A DNA stretch of 64,000 bases from an uncultured Pelagibacteraceae bacterium (GCA_902582735.1 CACHTB010000001.1:640-64639), one strand, 5' to 3'; positions 36,546-48,807 are shown, counted from the first letter of the stretch. Notes: generated from the sequence alone by a model not told the origin. Numbers and translations are program-made.

Positions 36546-38008
36546 CAGTTATTTGAACCAGTACTTAAGAGTGATAACTGAGTAACTTTATCCCCACCTA
36601 ATTCGTCAATTATTTTTACTGGATAATCACCAGTAAAATAATGATCTGTTAATTGAGGATAATTTTCATTTCTTTTTTCAAATCCCATGGCTTTATACAG
36701 CCCATCTAAACTCAAAAATTTCAAACTTTGTGCACTTATAAATTCTTTTATTTCATCCACAGTTTTATTAGCAGCCAAAAGTTCTTTCTTTGTAGGAGTA
36801 TCTACACCATAAAAATCAGGATATTTAATTTCAGGACAAGCAATTCTAACATGCACTTCTCTAGCTCCAACATCATATAGCATCTTAACAATTTTATATG
36901 AGGTCGTTCCTCTGACAAGCGAATCATCAATTAATATTATTTTTTTATTTTTAATTACTGACAGGTTTGCATTTAATTTTAATTTTACTCCAAGGCTTCT
37001 AATTTGTTGAGAAGGCTCTATAAAAGTCCGTCCGACATAATGGTTTCTAATGAGACCTAAATCAAATTTTACTTTTTTCTCTTGGGCATAACCTAATGCT
37101 GCGGCATTTCCAGAATCTGGTACTGGTACAACCAAATCAGCATCAAAATTATCTTCTCTCGCTAATTGAGCTCCAAAATTTTTTCTATACTCATAAGCAG
37201 TTTTTCCACTTAATATACTATCGGGTCTTGAAAAATAGATATATTCAAAAATACAAGGCCTTACTTTTTTTGGAGGAAAAGGTTTTAAACTTTGTAATTC
37301 ATCATTTTCAACATAAACAATTTCTCCATTTTCAACTTCTCTTATAAATTTTGCACCTATTATATCTAATGCACATGTCTCTGAGGTAAATACGTAAGAA
37401 TTTTTTAACTTTCCAATTACAAGAGGACGAATACCAAGCGGATCTCTAACTCCAATTAGGCTGTTCTGAGTCATCATAACTAAAGCATATCCTCCTTGAA
37501 TCTGAAATATAGCGTCAATTATTTTATCGATTGTTCTACCTCTTTTTGACTTAGCAATTAGTTTAACAATAGTTTCTGTGTCTGAAGTTGTGTAAAAGAT
37601 TGATCCTTCTTCAACCATTTTATTTCTCAAAGTGATCGCGTTGGTTAAATTTCCATTATGAGCTACACCTATTCCTCCAGAATTTGTATCTGCAAAGAAT
37701 GGTTGTACGTTTCTTAAAGCAGTGCCTCCCGTTGTTGAATATCTATTATGACCAATTGCAAATTTTCCTGGTAAATTTTTTAAAACTTTTTCGTCATTAA
37801 AATTGTCTCCAACAAGACCAAATCTTTTTTCTGAATGATATTTTTTTCCATCAAATGAGACGATCCCACATCCTTCTTGACCTCTATGTTGCAGAGCATG
37901 TAAACCTAAAGCTGTTAAGGTAGATGCATCTGGAGAGTTGCTTATTCCAAAAACACCGCATTCCTCCTTGATTTTTGGACTATATATCCTGAACTTTTTC
38001 TTTTGCAT
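36545..38008 (-). CDS. purF: Amidophosphoribosyltransferase
   Basis: EECGVFG, LQHRGQE, GHNRYST, PVPDSG, IDDSLVRGTT. Confidence 0.95.
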   Translation of the reverse strand: MQKKKFRIYSPKIKEECGVFGISNSPDASTLTALGLHALQHRGQEGCGIVSFDGKKYHSEKRFGLVGDNFNDEKVLKNLPGKFAIGHNRYSTTGGTALRNVQPFFADTNSGGIGVAHNGNLTNAITLRNKMVEEGSIFYTTSDTETIVKLIAKSKRGRTIDKIIDAIFQIQGGYALVMMTQNSLIGVRDPLGIRPLVIGKLKNSYVFTSETCALDIIGAKFIREVENGEIVYVENDELQSLKPFPPKKVRPCIFEYIYFSRPDSILSGKTAYEYRKNFGAQLAREDNFDADLVVPVPDSGNAAALGYAQEKKVKFDLGLIRNHYVGRTFIEPSQQIRSLGVKLKLNANLSVIKNKKIILIDDSLVRGTTSYKIVKMLYDVGAREVHVRIACPEIKYPDFYGVDTPTKKELLAANKTVDEIKEFISAQSLKFLSLDGLYKAMGFEKRNENYPQLTDHYFTGDYPVKIIDELGGDKVTQLSLLSTGSNN

Positions 38009-38525
38009 CTTGATATTCTTTTTCATCGGGAAATTCTTTTATAAGGTACTTACTACCTTTTTCAACCATTGGAAATGTAAATGAATCCTTTAAGTTTAGA
38101 GGCCATTTTTCATAATTATAAATAATATTAGCAGCTGTAAATAAACACACTACAAACACATATGAAATAACGACTCCAAATATCATCCCAAAAAATTTAT
38201 CAATTGTTCCAATACCTGAATAGGTTACAGCTTTGCTTATTGCTTTATTAATCATTAATATTAAGAAAATTATCAATACAAATAAGCTAACTCCCAAAAT
38301 TATATCTAACACATATTCGTTGTCTAAAATATTTTCTACATATGGTTTTACTTTTGGAAAAATAAAAATTGTTAAAACATATGCTAATACCCATTTTGCA
38401 GCCGATAAAATTGATAATACAAATCCTTTAAAAGCCCCTCTAATCATTAACAAAATTGTTAAAATTATATAAGAGTAATCAAATACTGTAATTTTTTCTA
38501 AAATATCTTGAATATTATCAATCAC
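37980..38525 (-). CDS. cvpA: Colicin V production protein CvpA
   Basis: RG.FKGF, DKFFG..FG; canonical position upstream of purF. Confidence 0.8.
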   Translation of the reverse strand: MIDNIQDILEKITVFDYSYIILTILLMIRGAFKGFVLSILSAAKWVLAYVLTIFIFPKVKPYVENILDNEYVLDIILGVSLFVLIIFLILMINKAISKAVTYSGIGTIDKFFGMIFGVVISYVFVVCLFTAANIIYNYEKWPLNLKDSFTFPMVEKGSKYLIKEFPDEKEYQDAKEKVQDI

Positions 38526-40902
38526 TTATTTGAAAATGGTTTAACAACTAATAATAAAGATGGAAGAAGAGTTAGTACAGAAATCATTGCCAATAACATT
38601 GCAATCCCTGTAAATATACCGAAATAAATAGTAGGAATAAAATTTGACAATACTAAAATAGAAAATCCAAATACAATTGTAATTGAAGTATTTAATATAG
38701 CAACCCCTACAGTTGAGTGACAAACTCGAAGTGTTTTGTCGTAACTTTTAATTTTGGAAAATTCTTCCTTAAACCTATAGATATAATGAATACTATTATC
38801 AACAGCAATACCAATAGTTATTGCAGCAATAGTAATTGTCATCATATCCAATGGTATACCTGCTAATCCAATAATACCTAAAATAAAAAAAGCAGCTATA
38901 AAATTTGGAACAACCCCAATTAAGGATAATTTAATATTTCTAAATAAAATAATGAACATAATGAATATCCCAACCATTACAAAACCTAGAGTTAATATTT
39001 GAGATTTAAATAAACTTTGTAATAAGTTATTAAATAAAATTAGAACACCTCCTAATTTAAATTCATCTTTATTAAGTCCCAGTTTATTTTCTAAATCGAA
39101 ATTAATTTTATTGATTAAGTCATTCCTTCTTAAATCTTCTAAAGAGTCTTTTATTCTTAAACTTATTCTTGCCTCTGAGTCTTTTATTGAAATATAAGGG
39201 TCAACTATTTCTTTTTTAATTGTATCTGGAATTTTTGAATACAATACACCCATCTCTAGTGTTCCCAATGGCTTATTGTTATTTAGTTGAGTTGCAACTT
39301 CAATTATAGAAGAAAAAGAAAGTACTTTACCTACAGGCTCTAAGCTATCTAAATAGTTATGAACATTATTGATTTTATCAATTTTATCTTTAGTAAACCA
39401 ATACTTATCATTATTTTGATCTTCATCACCCCAATCATCCTCAAAATCATCATCAGACTTTTCCTCTTTATTTTTTGGAAACTTTAGTATTACCTCCAAA
39501 GGAGTAGTACCACCTAACTTTTCATCAATTAATTTCATGCCTTTATAAATTTCGGTATTTTTATTGAAGTAATTGATGAAACTATTTTCTACCTCTAATT
39601 TTGAAATACCAGCAACACTTAAAATAATAACAAATACAGTCGTTCCAAAAATAATATTTTTTCTATCAATTGCAAAATTACCAAGAAAATATGTAAATTT
39701 TGACCTTTGATCCTTTTTTATATTGATATTTGAGCTTTCAATAAAATTTAACAAAGTTGGTAGTAGTGTAAATGTGATTATAAAAGATGTAAGCAATCCC
39801 ATTGTCATCATCCAACCAAAATCAATGATTGGTTTTATTTCACTAAAAATTAAAGATAAGAAAGCGCAAATAGTTGTAAGAACAGTATAAAGTATAGGCC
39901 AATACATATTACTTGTAGTCATTACTATGATACTGGTTTTTGTTTTTTTTGGAAATTTTTTTGAGAGTTGAAGAAATCGAGTACTCATATGAATATTCAT
40001 TGCCATTGTAAGGATTAGCATCATAGCTATAAAGTTTGAGGATATAACAGTGACTTTCCATCCAACTAAACCTAAAAGTCCCATCATAATTATTACTGAA
40101 AAAAAACAACTGCTTATAGGAACAATAATCCAAATTAATTTTCTAAAGACAAACCAAAGTGTTGCTATAATAAAAATTAATACTCCAAGCCCAAATACAA
40201 TAATATCGTTTTTTATAAACGTCATCATGTCATCTGCAATCATGGGAATACCACCCAAATGAATTTTACCAATATTATTAAAATTTTTAATTACTTCTCT
40301 GATCTCTAAAATATTTTCATGATTTTGTTTTTTGATCAGATCTTTATATGTTTCTAGCTCTTGCTTGTTTTTAAATTCTTTGTTTTTTTCTTTGGGTTTT
40401 AGATAAACAATTATTCCACTAGTTTTCCCATCTTCACTTATTACAAAATTTCTAAATACTGGACTATTTTTAATTTCTTGAAAACCTCTGATTTTATCAA
40501 CATCATTATCTTTTAATGATCTAAAATTTTTTAATCTTTCTAAAAGAGGTTGATCTGTACTATTAAGAAGAGGTATGTCTAAAAGAGTGATAACATTATG
40601 AACCCAATCTAATTTCTGAATTTCTTGTTTTAGTGTTAGTAAATTTGTGATGGAATTAGGTGAAATCATTTCACCATTTGGAGTATAAGTTAATACTAAA
40701 AATTCTTTTGCCCCATATCTTTCAGAAATTTCATTTAGGTATTTTAGATCTGGATCACCTTCAATAAGAAGAGTATCTGATGATGCATCAAGCCTAAAAT
40801 TTTTAGAAAAATAACCAAAAAAAAATTAAAGAAATTAAAAGGAGAAGAAAAAACAAATTTTGGTTTTTCAATAATATTCTTTTGATAAAAATTAGCTAAC
40901 AT
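38522..40902 (-). CDS. MMPL/RND family transporter; 5' end interrupted by apparent homopolymer frameshifts
   Basis: Two RND halves, GIAVDNSIH; N-terminus MLANFYQKNIIEKPK... joins if A runs 40848-40853 and 40817-40825 are each 1 nt shorter. Confidence 0.8.
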
Positions 40903-40927
40903 TCAGTATTAGCTTATATATTTAAAA

Positions 40928-42346
40928 CTAGTTATTTTGAATATCTTTAAATTTGGTAAACATAGCCTCAAATTCCAGCATTATATTACCAGTTGGACCA
41001 TGACGTTGTTTACCTATAATTATTTCAGCTAAACTTGACACTTCATTCATTTTTGCCTGCCATTCTGCGTGCTCAACAGTTGCAGGTCTTGGTTCTTTTC
41101 TCTCTAAGTAATATGCTTCTCTGTAAACAAACATTACAACATCCGCATCTTGTTCAATAGAACCTGATTCTCTTAAATCAGCTAATTGTGGTTTCTTATC
41201 ATCTCTTGCTTCAACTGCCCTAGATAATTGAGACAGCGCAACAACTGGAACCGATAACTCTTTTGCAAGCGCTTTTAAACCTTGCGTAATCTCTGATATT
41301 TCTTGAACCCTTCCATCTTTAAATTTTGATGCTTTCATCAATTGAATATAATCAATAACCACCATATCAAGCCCATATAATCTTTTTATTCTTCTTGCTC
41401 TATTACTTAGAGCTGCAATTGAAATTGCTGGAGTTTCATCAATATAAAGTGGCAATTCAGATATATCTTTTGAGGTTTCAATAAATTTATCAAATTGCTC
41501 CTCCGATATTCTACCTCTTCTTATATCATTAGATTTAATTCTAGATTGCTCAGCAAGAATTCGAGTTGAAAGCTGTTCTGATGACATCTCTAAAGAAAAA
41601 AAAGCTATTGATGACTTTTTTTCCATCATCCTGCATTTTTTTTTGCGGCATAGAATGCGATATTTGTGGCTAATGCGGTTTTCCCCATTGATGGTCTTCC
41701 TGCAATTATTATCAAATCAGATTTATGTAATCCTCCAAGACGATCATCAAGATCTGTTAAACCAGTAGGTACACCGACAATTCCCTCATCATTTTTATAT
41801 GCACTTGAAGCCATTTCAATTGTTTTTCTCATCGCTTCATCAAATTTGATTAATGAATTACTAAAGGAACCCTTTTCAGCTAAATCAAATAATGATTTTT
41901 CAAAATTCTCGATAATTTTTTGTCCATCATTATCCAAATCGTTTAGTTTTGCAGTATCAATTACATTTTCCGATATTTTAATTAATTCTCTTTTTACAAA
42001 TAAATCATATATTAATTTTGAATATTCAATTGCTTGCCTTGAGGATGTTGAAAACTTTGTAACTTTAACAAGATACTCAGGCACATTTAATTCATCTTTT
42101 TCATTTTCAAAATAATTTTTAAGTGTAATTGGATTTGCCAACATTCCACTATAAATTAACTTTTCCATCGCCCCAAAAAATTTTTTGATGCATTGGATCA
42201 TAAAAATTTTTACTAACAATTATCATATTTATCTCATCAAATATTTCGTTTGACAGTAAAATTGATCCTATAACCGATTGCTCTGCTTCAATATTGTTTG
42301 GGTTTTCTTCCAGTTTACCTTTTATAATATTAAATGATTGAGACAT
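40928..42346 (-). CDS. dnaB: Replicative DNA helicase, split into 3 ORFs by apparent homopolymer errors
   Basis: P.NIEAEQ, GRPSMGKT, FSLEM, DYIQL, SQLSR, LRESGSIEQDAD, KQRHGP. Confidence 0.93.
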
Positions 42347-42413
42347 TATAAAATCCTATTTAAAATTAGAGTATTTACAATATCAAATAAGAACTGGGGA
42401 AAAAAATGTATAA

Positions 42414-42872
42414 TTATTTTATTTCTTCCTGAGGAAAAACTTTAACTATTATTTGAGTTTGCACATCAGAGTGTAGATTTATTTCAACTTTAAATTCACC
42501 TAGAGATTTTATTTCTTTTGAAGGCTGAATATTAGAAGGATTTATCTCTACATTTTCCTTTTCATGAATTAACTTAGAAATTTCTGTTGGTTTCACAGAT
42601 CCGTATAATTCTTTATTTTCAGTACTCAGTTTTTTTATTTCATAAGTTTTATTTTGAATTTTTTCTAAAATACTTTTAGCTTCTTTCTTTTTATCTTGAT
42701 CTTTTTTATTTAGCTCTTGTTTGATTTTTTCTACCTCTTTAATATTTTCTTTTGATGCAAAAAGTGCTTTTTTTTTTGAGATTAAGTAGTTTCTTGCAAA
42801 ACCTCTCTTAACGTCAATTATTTCTCCAATTGATCCTATTTTTCTTACATTTTCTAAAAGAATAACTTTCAT
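42414..42872 (-). CDS. rplI: 50S ribosomal protein L9
   Basis: MKVILLE, GFARNYL, LYGSV. Confidence 0.95.
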   Translation of the reverse strand: MKVILLENVRKIGSIGEIIDVKRGFARNYLISKKKALFASKENIKEVEKIKQELNKKDQDKKKEAKSILEKIQNKTYEIKKLSTENKELYGSVKPTEISKLIHEKENVEINPSNIQPSKEIKSLGEFKVEINLHSDVQTQIIVKVFPQEEIK

Positions 42873-43141
42873 TATATTAATGCTAAATTTCTAGCCCTTT
42901 TAATTGATAGAGATAACTCTCTTTGTTTTTTTTGACTTACTGAAGTTATTCGAGACGGAAGAATCTTTCCATTTTCAGATATATATCTTCTTAGCAGTTT
43001 AATATTTTTGTAATCAACCACCGGTGCACCTTTTCCAGAAAGAGGGCATTTTTTTTTAAATTTATATTTATTATTTTGAAAAACACTTAATTTTGAAAAA
43101 TTACTTTGTGATCCTTTTTTTTTGTTATTCCTTTTCTTCAT
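42872..43141 (-). CDS. rpsR: 30S ribosomal protein S18
   Basis: [28 protein letters not shown]. Confidence 0.95.
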   Translation of the reverse strand: MKKRNNKKKGSQSNFSKLSVFQNNKYKFKKKCPLSGKGAPVVDYKNIKLLRRYISENGKILPSRITSVSQKKQRELSLSIKRARNLALI

Positions 43142-43497
43142 TATTTTTTAATTTTTTTATCTATCTCTTTATCTTCAGTATTTTTTTTGAAATAATCTGT
43201 ATCTAAATCAAACTTTTTAACTTTAACTGTTAAATATCTTAATAAATTTTTATCAATTTTTTCATTTTTTTCCAGCTCAGAAATAGTTTTTCCATTAGCT
43301 TTAATTTTAAAATGCAAGTAATTACCTTTTTTATTTTTCTTTATGAAATATGAAAGGTTCATTAAACCCCAGTTTTCGAGTTTGACTATATCGCCTTCAT
43401 TCTTTTCAACTATTTTAGAGTATTTTTCTTGAAGTTGTTTCAACTGCGATGGGCTAGTGTCTTGCCTAGCTATAATTGTGTGTTCGTAAAAGTTCAT
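43141..43497 (-). CDS. rpsF: 30S ribosomal protein S6
   Basis: YEH.IIAR, ENWG...LSY.IKK. Confidence 0.93.
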   Translation of the reverse strand: MNFYEHTIIARQDTSPSQLKQLQEKYSKIVEKNEGDIVKLENWGLMNLSYFIKKNKKGNYLHFKIKANGKTISELEKNEKIDKNLLRYLTVKVKKFDLDTDYFKKNTEDKEIDKKIKK

Positions 43498-43581
43498 ATT
43501 TATTCTTTTAAAAATGTGAGGATATACTATTATTAATTTTTAATTACAATACTAAAAATACAATATTTACTTATATAATTA

Positions 43582-44502
43582 ATGTTTTCTGTTTTATTTC
43601 CTGGTCAAGGTTCTCAGTCTCCAGGTATGGCAAAATCTTTCTATGATAACTTTGATTATGTTAGGTCTTTTTTCAAAGAAGCAGATGATTTACTTAATCA
43701 TTCAATAAGTAAATTAGTATTAGATGGCCCTAAAGACGAACTTGATCTTACTGAGAATACTCAACCAGCAATTTTTCTGGTAAGTTTTAGTATTTTTCAA
43801 GTTTTAAAAAGAGAAACTTTATTTAATATTAATGCAGCAAATTATTTTGCCGGTCATTCACTCGGTGAGTATTCTGCTTTAGCATGTGCAGAATCTTTGT
43901 CATTTTCTCAAACAATAAAATTGTTAAAAAAAAGAGGCAATGCAATGCAATCAGCTGTCCCAAAAGGTCAGGGTGGCATGTTAGCGGTTTTAGGATCTGA
44001 TATTGAAATAATTAATGAAATTTTAGAAAAGAATAAAGATATTTTTAACTGTTATGTAGCTAATGATAATTCAGTCGGCCAAATTGTGATTAGTGGTAAT
44101 AATAAAGATTTAGAAAAATTTTCCATTGAATTAACATATAAAAAAATAAAAAATATAAAACTCCCAGTTAGCGCCCCGTTTCATTGCAAGCTAATGAATA
44201 ATGCAACAAAAATAATGGAAGGAGAAATATCTAATTTAGAATTTAAATCTCCAAAAGTTGATATTATTTCTAATGTGACATCAGAACCAGTCAATGAGAT
44301 ATCTACCATAAAAAAATTATTGATAAGTCAAATAGAAAAACCAGTTAGATGGAGAGAAATAGTGAATTATATAATAAACAAAAATATAAATAAATTTATA
44401 GAAATTGGTCCTGGAAAAGTACTCTCGGGATTAGTAAAAAGAACAAATAGAAATGTAGAACTTATACAAATTAATGATTTAGAAGATTTAAAAAAGTTAT
44501 AA
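43582..44502 (+). CDS. fabD: Malonyl-CoA:ACP transacylase
   Basis: FPGQGSQ, GHSLGEY, VSAPFH, EIGPG. Confidence 0.95.
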   Translation: MFSVLFPGQGSQSPGMAKSFYDNFDYVRSFFKEADDLLNHSISKLVLDGPKDELDLTENTQPAIFLVSFSIFQVLKRETLFNINAANYFAGHSLGEYSALACAESLSFSQTIKLLKKRGNAMQSAVPKGQGGMLAVLGSDIEIINEILEKNKDIFNCYVANDNSVGQIVISGNNKDLEKFSIELTYKKIKNIKLPVSAPFHCKLMNNATKIMEGEISNLEFKSPKVDIISNVTSEPVNEISTIKKLLISQIEKPVRWREIVNYIINKNINKFIEIGPGKVLSGLVKRTNRNVELIQINDLEDLKKL

Positions 44503-44506
44503 ACTA

Positions 44507-45244
44507 ATGATAGACTTAAAAGATACTAACGTTATTCTTACTGGAGCTACAGGAGGTATAGGTAATTCTATTTTAAAAAATTTAATTTTAACTGGCGCAA
44601 ACGTTTTAGCAACAGGTACAAATGAAAGTAAACTCAATTATATTAAAGAAAAATATAACAATGTTCAAACAGAAAAATTTGACATATCAAATCATTCAGA
44701 GATTGAAAATTTCATAAATAAAGCAAATGATAGTTTAGGTGGCAGAGTTGATGTATTAATTAATAATGCTGGCATAACAAGGGATAATCTTTCAATCAGA
44801 ATGAAAGATGAGGAATGGAATAAAGTTATTGATATTAATTTAACCTCCACATTTCTCCTGAGTAAAAGTGTAGTTAAAAAAATGCTAAAAAATAAAAAAG
44901 GAAAAATTATAAATATTACATCTATAGTTGGTCATACAGGTAATATCGGACAAGCAAATTATACTGCTTCTAAAGCTGGTGTGGTTGCAATGTCTAAAAG
45001 TTTAGCTCTGGAATATGGAAAGAAAAATATAAACGTAAATTGTATCTCTCCAGGCTTTATATTAACTGAAATGACTGATAAAATTAATGATGATTACAAA
45101 GAAGTTTTAAAATCCAAAATACCTATGAATAGATTTGGCGACCCAAATGATATTGCAAATACAGTCATTTTTTTATGCTCTAAACTTTCGGATTATATTA
45201 CTGGTGAAACAATTCATGTTAATGGCGGCATGTATTTTAGTTGA
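44507..45244 (+). CDS. fabG: 3-oxoacyl-ACP reductase
   Basis: TGATGGIG, NNAGITRD, YTASK, VNGG. Confidence 0.95.
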   Translation: MIDLKDTNVILTGATGGIGNSILKNLILTGANVLATGTNESKLNYIKEKYNNVQTEKFDISNHSEIENFINKANDSLGGRVDVLINNAGITRDNLSIRMKDEEWNKVIDINLTSTFLLSKSVVKKMLKNKKGKIINITSIVGHTGNIGQANYTASKAGVVAMSKSLALEYGKKNINVNCISPGFILTEMTDKINDDYKEVLKSKIPMNRFGDPNDIANTVIFLCSKLSDYITGETIHVNGGMYFS

Positions 45245-45290
45245 CAAAATCAACAAATTATTTATTAACGACTTAACTTAAAGGATATAA

Positions 45291-45530
45291 ATGTCAGACG
45301 ATATTTCAAGTAAAGTAAAAAAAATAGTTGCAGACCATCTAGGAATTGACGAAGCAAAAGTAACTGAAGAGTCAAGTTTTATCGATGATCTTGGGGCAGA
45401 CAGTTTAGATACTGTTGAATTAGTAATGGCTTTTGAAGAAGAATTCGGGTCAGAGATCTCAGATAGCGACGCAGAAAAGATTCTTACAGTAGGGGATGCT
45501 GTAAAATTTATAGAGAACAAAGCGAATTAA
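45291..45530 (+). CDS. acpP: Acyl carrier protein
   Basis: [20 protein letters not shown]; AAGGA Shine-Dalgarno. Confidence 0.97.
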   Translation: MSDDISSKVKKIVADHLGIDEAKVTEESSFIDDLGADSLDTVELVMAFEEEFGSEISDSDAEKILTVGDAVKFIENKAN

Positions 45531-45543
45531 ATTTTAGTATTAA

Positions 45544-46173
45544 ATGTCCGGAAATAATGAGGGGATAATTGTAATATTATCATCTCCATCAGGGGCTGGC
45601 AAAACAACTCTTGTAAAAGAAATTTCAAAAAAAAATAATTTCAAAATTTCTGTATCACACACAACCAGAAAGCCACGTTTAAACGAAACAAACGAAAAAG
45701 ATTATTTTTTTGTTAGTGAAACCAAATTTAAAAATTTAATTGCTCAAGACATGTTCTTAGAGTACGCAAAAGTATTTAATAATTATTATGGTTCGTCAAA
45801 AGATAATGTATTTAAACATCTAAATAAAGGTGAAAATATGATTTTTGATATAGATTGGCAAGGAGCTCAACAAATTAAAAATAAAAAACTAACTTACAAA
45901 ATAATTACAATATTTATATTACCACCTAGTAGAGAAGAGCTTTATAGTAGACTTTTAAATAGAGATAAAAATAATAAAGAAATAGCAATGGAAAGAATGA
46001 AACAATTTAATGATGATGTATTGCATTGGAATGACTATGACCTAGTTGTTATTAACGATGATTTAAACAACTGTTATAATAAAATAATCAAATTTATTGA
46101 TGAATTTGACAATAGTAAAGAACATTACCAAAAAAAATTAATATCTAAACATGTAGATTTACTGCTGAATTAA
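45544..46173 (+). CDS. gmk: Guanylate kinase
   Basis: [25 protein letters not shown]. Confidence 0.95.
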   Translation: MSGNNEGIIVILSSPSGAGKTTLVKEISKKNNFKISVSHTTRKPRLNETNEKDYFFVSETKFKNLIAQDMFLEYAKVFNNYYGSSKDNVFKHLNKGENMIFDIDWQGAQQIKNKKLTYKIITIFILPPSREELYSRLLNRDKNNKEIAMERMKQFNDDVLHWNDYDLVVINDDLNNCYNKIIKFIDEFDNSKEHYQKKLISKHVDLLLN

Positions 46174-46953
46174 TTTTTCATAAATTAAACATATTTTATA
46201 AAAAGTGTCTTTAGTGAGGTTTTGAGGTCTCAAATTAATATTTAAATTTAACTCTTTAACTACCTTGTTTGGGTCTTTAAAAAGAATATTAAGTGGTTTT
46301 TTTATCATTTTTCTTTTTTGGTTAAAAAAAATATTAGTAATGTACTCTAAATTTCTAGAGTTTTTAAATTTAACAAATTGCTTTTTTGGTTCAAAAACTA
46401 ATAGGGTGCTTAAAACTTTAGGTTTTGGAAAAAAACTAGATGGATCAATATCCATAATTTTTTCTATATTCAATTTCCATGATGAAAATATAGATAACCT
46501 TCCATAGTTTTTAGTATTATAATCTGCTAAAATTCTATCAGCAACTTCCTTTTGAAACATAAAGACAAGTTTTTTATATTGAAATTCTTCTTTATTATAA
46601 TGAATAAATTTAGTAAGTATTTGGCTTGAAATATTGTAAGGAAGATTTCCAAACACAACTAAATTATTATTAGTTAGAACTTTTAGTTCGAATTTTAAAA
46701 TATCTTCATTAATAACTTCAACTTTATTTTTGAATTTCTTATTTAATAATCCAATTAATCCACTATCTTTTTCAATTAAATATAATTTTTGTGGTTTTTT
46801 TAATATAAGAAATTCAGTTAGTTTTCCAGTGCCTGGACCAATCTCTAAAATGTAATCTTCTTCATTAATACATCCAGAGTTACATATTTTTTTTACTACA
46901 TTATCGTCTACTAAAAAATTTTGTCCTAAACTTTTTTTAGGAATTATCTTCAT
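46159..46953 (-). CDS. rsmA: 16S rRNA adenine dimethyltransferase
   Basis: [26 protein letters not shown]. Confidence 0.95.
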   Translation of the reverse strand: MKIIPKKSLGQNFLVDDNVVKKICNSGCINEEDYILEIGPGTGKLTEFLILKKPQKLYLIEKDSGLIGLLNKKFKNKVEVINEDILKFELKVLTNNNLVVFGNLPYNISSQILTKFIHYNKEEFQYKKLVFMFQKEVADRILADYNTKNYGRLSIFSSWKLNIEKIMDIDPSSFFPKPKVLSTLLVFEPKKQFVKFKNSRNLEYITNIFFNQKRKMIKKPLNILFKDPNKVVKELNLNINLRPQNLTKDTFYKICLIYEKLIQQ

Positions 46954-47903
46954 TAAATATTATCTAAAAATTCCATAGCACAAAAAATTGAAGCTGGGTC
47001 TGATTTATTTTTACCGTACATTTCATAATTAGGTCCATGATCTGGTGAAATTCTGCAAAAGGGCAATCCAATAGTAATATTAATTGCGTTAAAATTAAAC
47101 AGTGTTTTTAAAGGTGTTAAAACTTGATCATGATACATTCCAATTACAACATCATACTTATCAATATTTTTTTTTATAAAAAAAGTATCTGCTGAATACG
47201 GTCCATTGATATTAATTTTTTTTTTTTTTAAAAAATTTATTGCTGGAATTATCTCCTTAATTTCCTCTCCTTCTTTTTCTATAGTCTCACAATGTGGGTT
47301 TAATCCTAAAATAGCGATTTTTGGTTTTTTTTTTAAAAAATTCATATAAAAATTATTTATACTGGTAGTATTTTTAATAATTTTCTTTTTTGAAATATTT
47401 TTTGCAATAAATTTTACAGGCAGGTGAGTGGTTATTGGAGATACAGATATCTTTTTATTATAAATTAACATCACAGAATTTTTCGAATTAGTATTTTTAG
47501 CAAGATACTCAGTAACTCCTAAATATTTTTTTTTTAAAAAACTTTTCTTTTCTATTGGACCATTTAAAAGTGCAATGTTTTTATTCTTTTTTAATATAGT
47601 TAAACTTTTTTCAAAACTATCTGAGATGTAAGATGATATGTAATTTTTTTTATCTTGTTTATTAATTTTAATATTAATAATATTCACTTTATCGTTTATT
47701 GCTTCATTTATATTTACAATTTCTCTAAAATTTTTTTTGTAATTATTTATTCTTGCTTCTTTCTGAATTATTTCTTTATTTCCAATTAAAGTAATTTTTT
47801 TTATTTTTTTTCTTTTATTTTTTGATTTTAGATACTTAAAAAAAATCTCTAAAAAGACACTTTTTGGTTCAGCCGTAACTACAAGCACGTGTTCAATAGT
47901 CAT
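46953..47903 (-). CDS. pdxA: 4-hydroxythreonine-4-phosphate dehydrogenase
   Basis: TTHLP, GLNPH, MYHDQ, SPDHG. Confidence 0.9.
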   Translation of the reverse strand: MTIEHVLVVTAEPKSVFLEIFFKYLKSKNKRKKIKKITLIGNKEIIQKEARINNYKKNFREIVNINEAINDKVNIINIKINKQDKKNYISSYISDSFEKSLTILKKNKNIALLNGPIEKKSFLKKKYLGVTEYLAKNTNSKNSVMLIYNKKISVSPITTHLPVKFIAKNISKKKIIKNTTSINNFYMNFLKKKPKIAILGLNPHCETIEKEGEEIKEIIPAINFLKKKKININGPYSADTFFIKKNIDKYDVVIGMYHDQVLTPLKTLFNFNAINITIGLPFCRISPDHGPNYEMYGKNKSDPASIFCAMEFLDNI

Positions 47904-48807
47904 TAAAAATAGTATTTTTTTTTAGTTTTTTAAAATAGTTCATTGAATAACTATTCAATTGTCTATTTTGCTCATATAAAATTTGTTTTTTTATCTCTTT
48001 ATCTATATCAAAAGTTTTTTTAATTTCTTTTTTTGAATTTACCATTAAAATTAAATTACCCTCGGGTAACTTAATAGGATCTGTATATTTTCCAATGGAC
48101 AAAAATGATATTTTCTTTTGAACTTCTTTGGAAAGGTTGCCAATACTAACCCATCCAATTTTTCCACCATTTGATGCCGAATCTGAAATACTAAATTTGG
48201 TTGCAGCATTTTCAAATCCAAACATGTTAATAAAATTTCTAATTTCATCGTAATCAACATCATAATCAAATAATATTTCTGATAATTCCACCTCGTACAA
48301 TTTTTTTTGATTTTTAAAATATTCGTTTACTTTATTAGCGATCTCACTTTTATCGATTTTGACTTTTTTGTTGAATTTTTCATAAATAAGCACATTCCAA
48401 AGTTTTTCGACTAAAATCTTCTCTTTAATTATATCGTACTTTAAACCTTCTTGATTTAGAAAATTTAAATACTCAGTCTCATTTTTAAATCCTAAACTTA
48501 AATATTGTTCTTTAATTAGTTTTGCCTCAAGATCTATATTTTTCTGGATTTTAATAAATTTATCAACTTCTTTTTTTTTGATTATTTCTTTTATTATTGA
48601 ATTTTTAGATAATTCTAATAATTCTAATTCGCTTAAATTTCTTAACTTTTTATTAATTAAAAACAAATACTTAATTTGGTTATCTAAATCGACATTCGTA
48701 ATTATTTCGTTATCAATTTTACTGATTATCCTTATTTCAGTTGCAACACATATTAAATAAGAACAAAATAAAAATATCAAAGTTAAGACCGATTTTTTTA
48801 TAAACAT
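47893..48807 (-). CDS. surA: SurA-like periplasmic chaperone/PPIase
   Basis: EIITN.D, FS...SASNGG.IGW; lptD-surA-pdxA-rsmA order. Confidence 0.8.
   Translation of the reverse strand: MFIKKSVLTLIFLFCSYLICVATEIRIISKIDNEIITNVDLDNQIKYLFLINKKLRNLSELELLELSKNSIIKEIIKKKEVDKFIKIQKNIDLEAKLIKEQYLSLGFKNETEYLNFLNQEGLKYDIIKEKILVEKLWNVLIYEKFNKKVKIDKSEIANKVNEYFKNQKKLYEVELSEILFDYDVDYDEIRNFINMFGFENAATKFSISDSASNGGKIGWVSIGNLSKEVQKKISFLSIGKYTDPIKLPEGNLILMVNSKKEIKKTFDIDKEIKKQILYEQNRQLNSYSMNYFKKLKKNTIFNDY

Noticed and set aside
40928-42346. dnaB as a pseudogene, intein-containing or programmed-frameshift gene
   Set aside because: Total length is normal, all motifs are intact, and the breaks fall only in homopolymers; sequencing error is more parsimonious.
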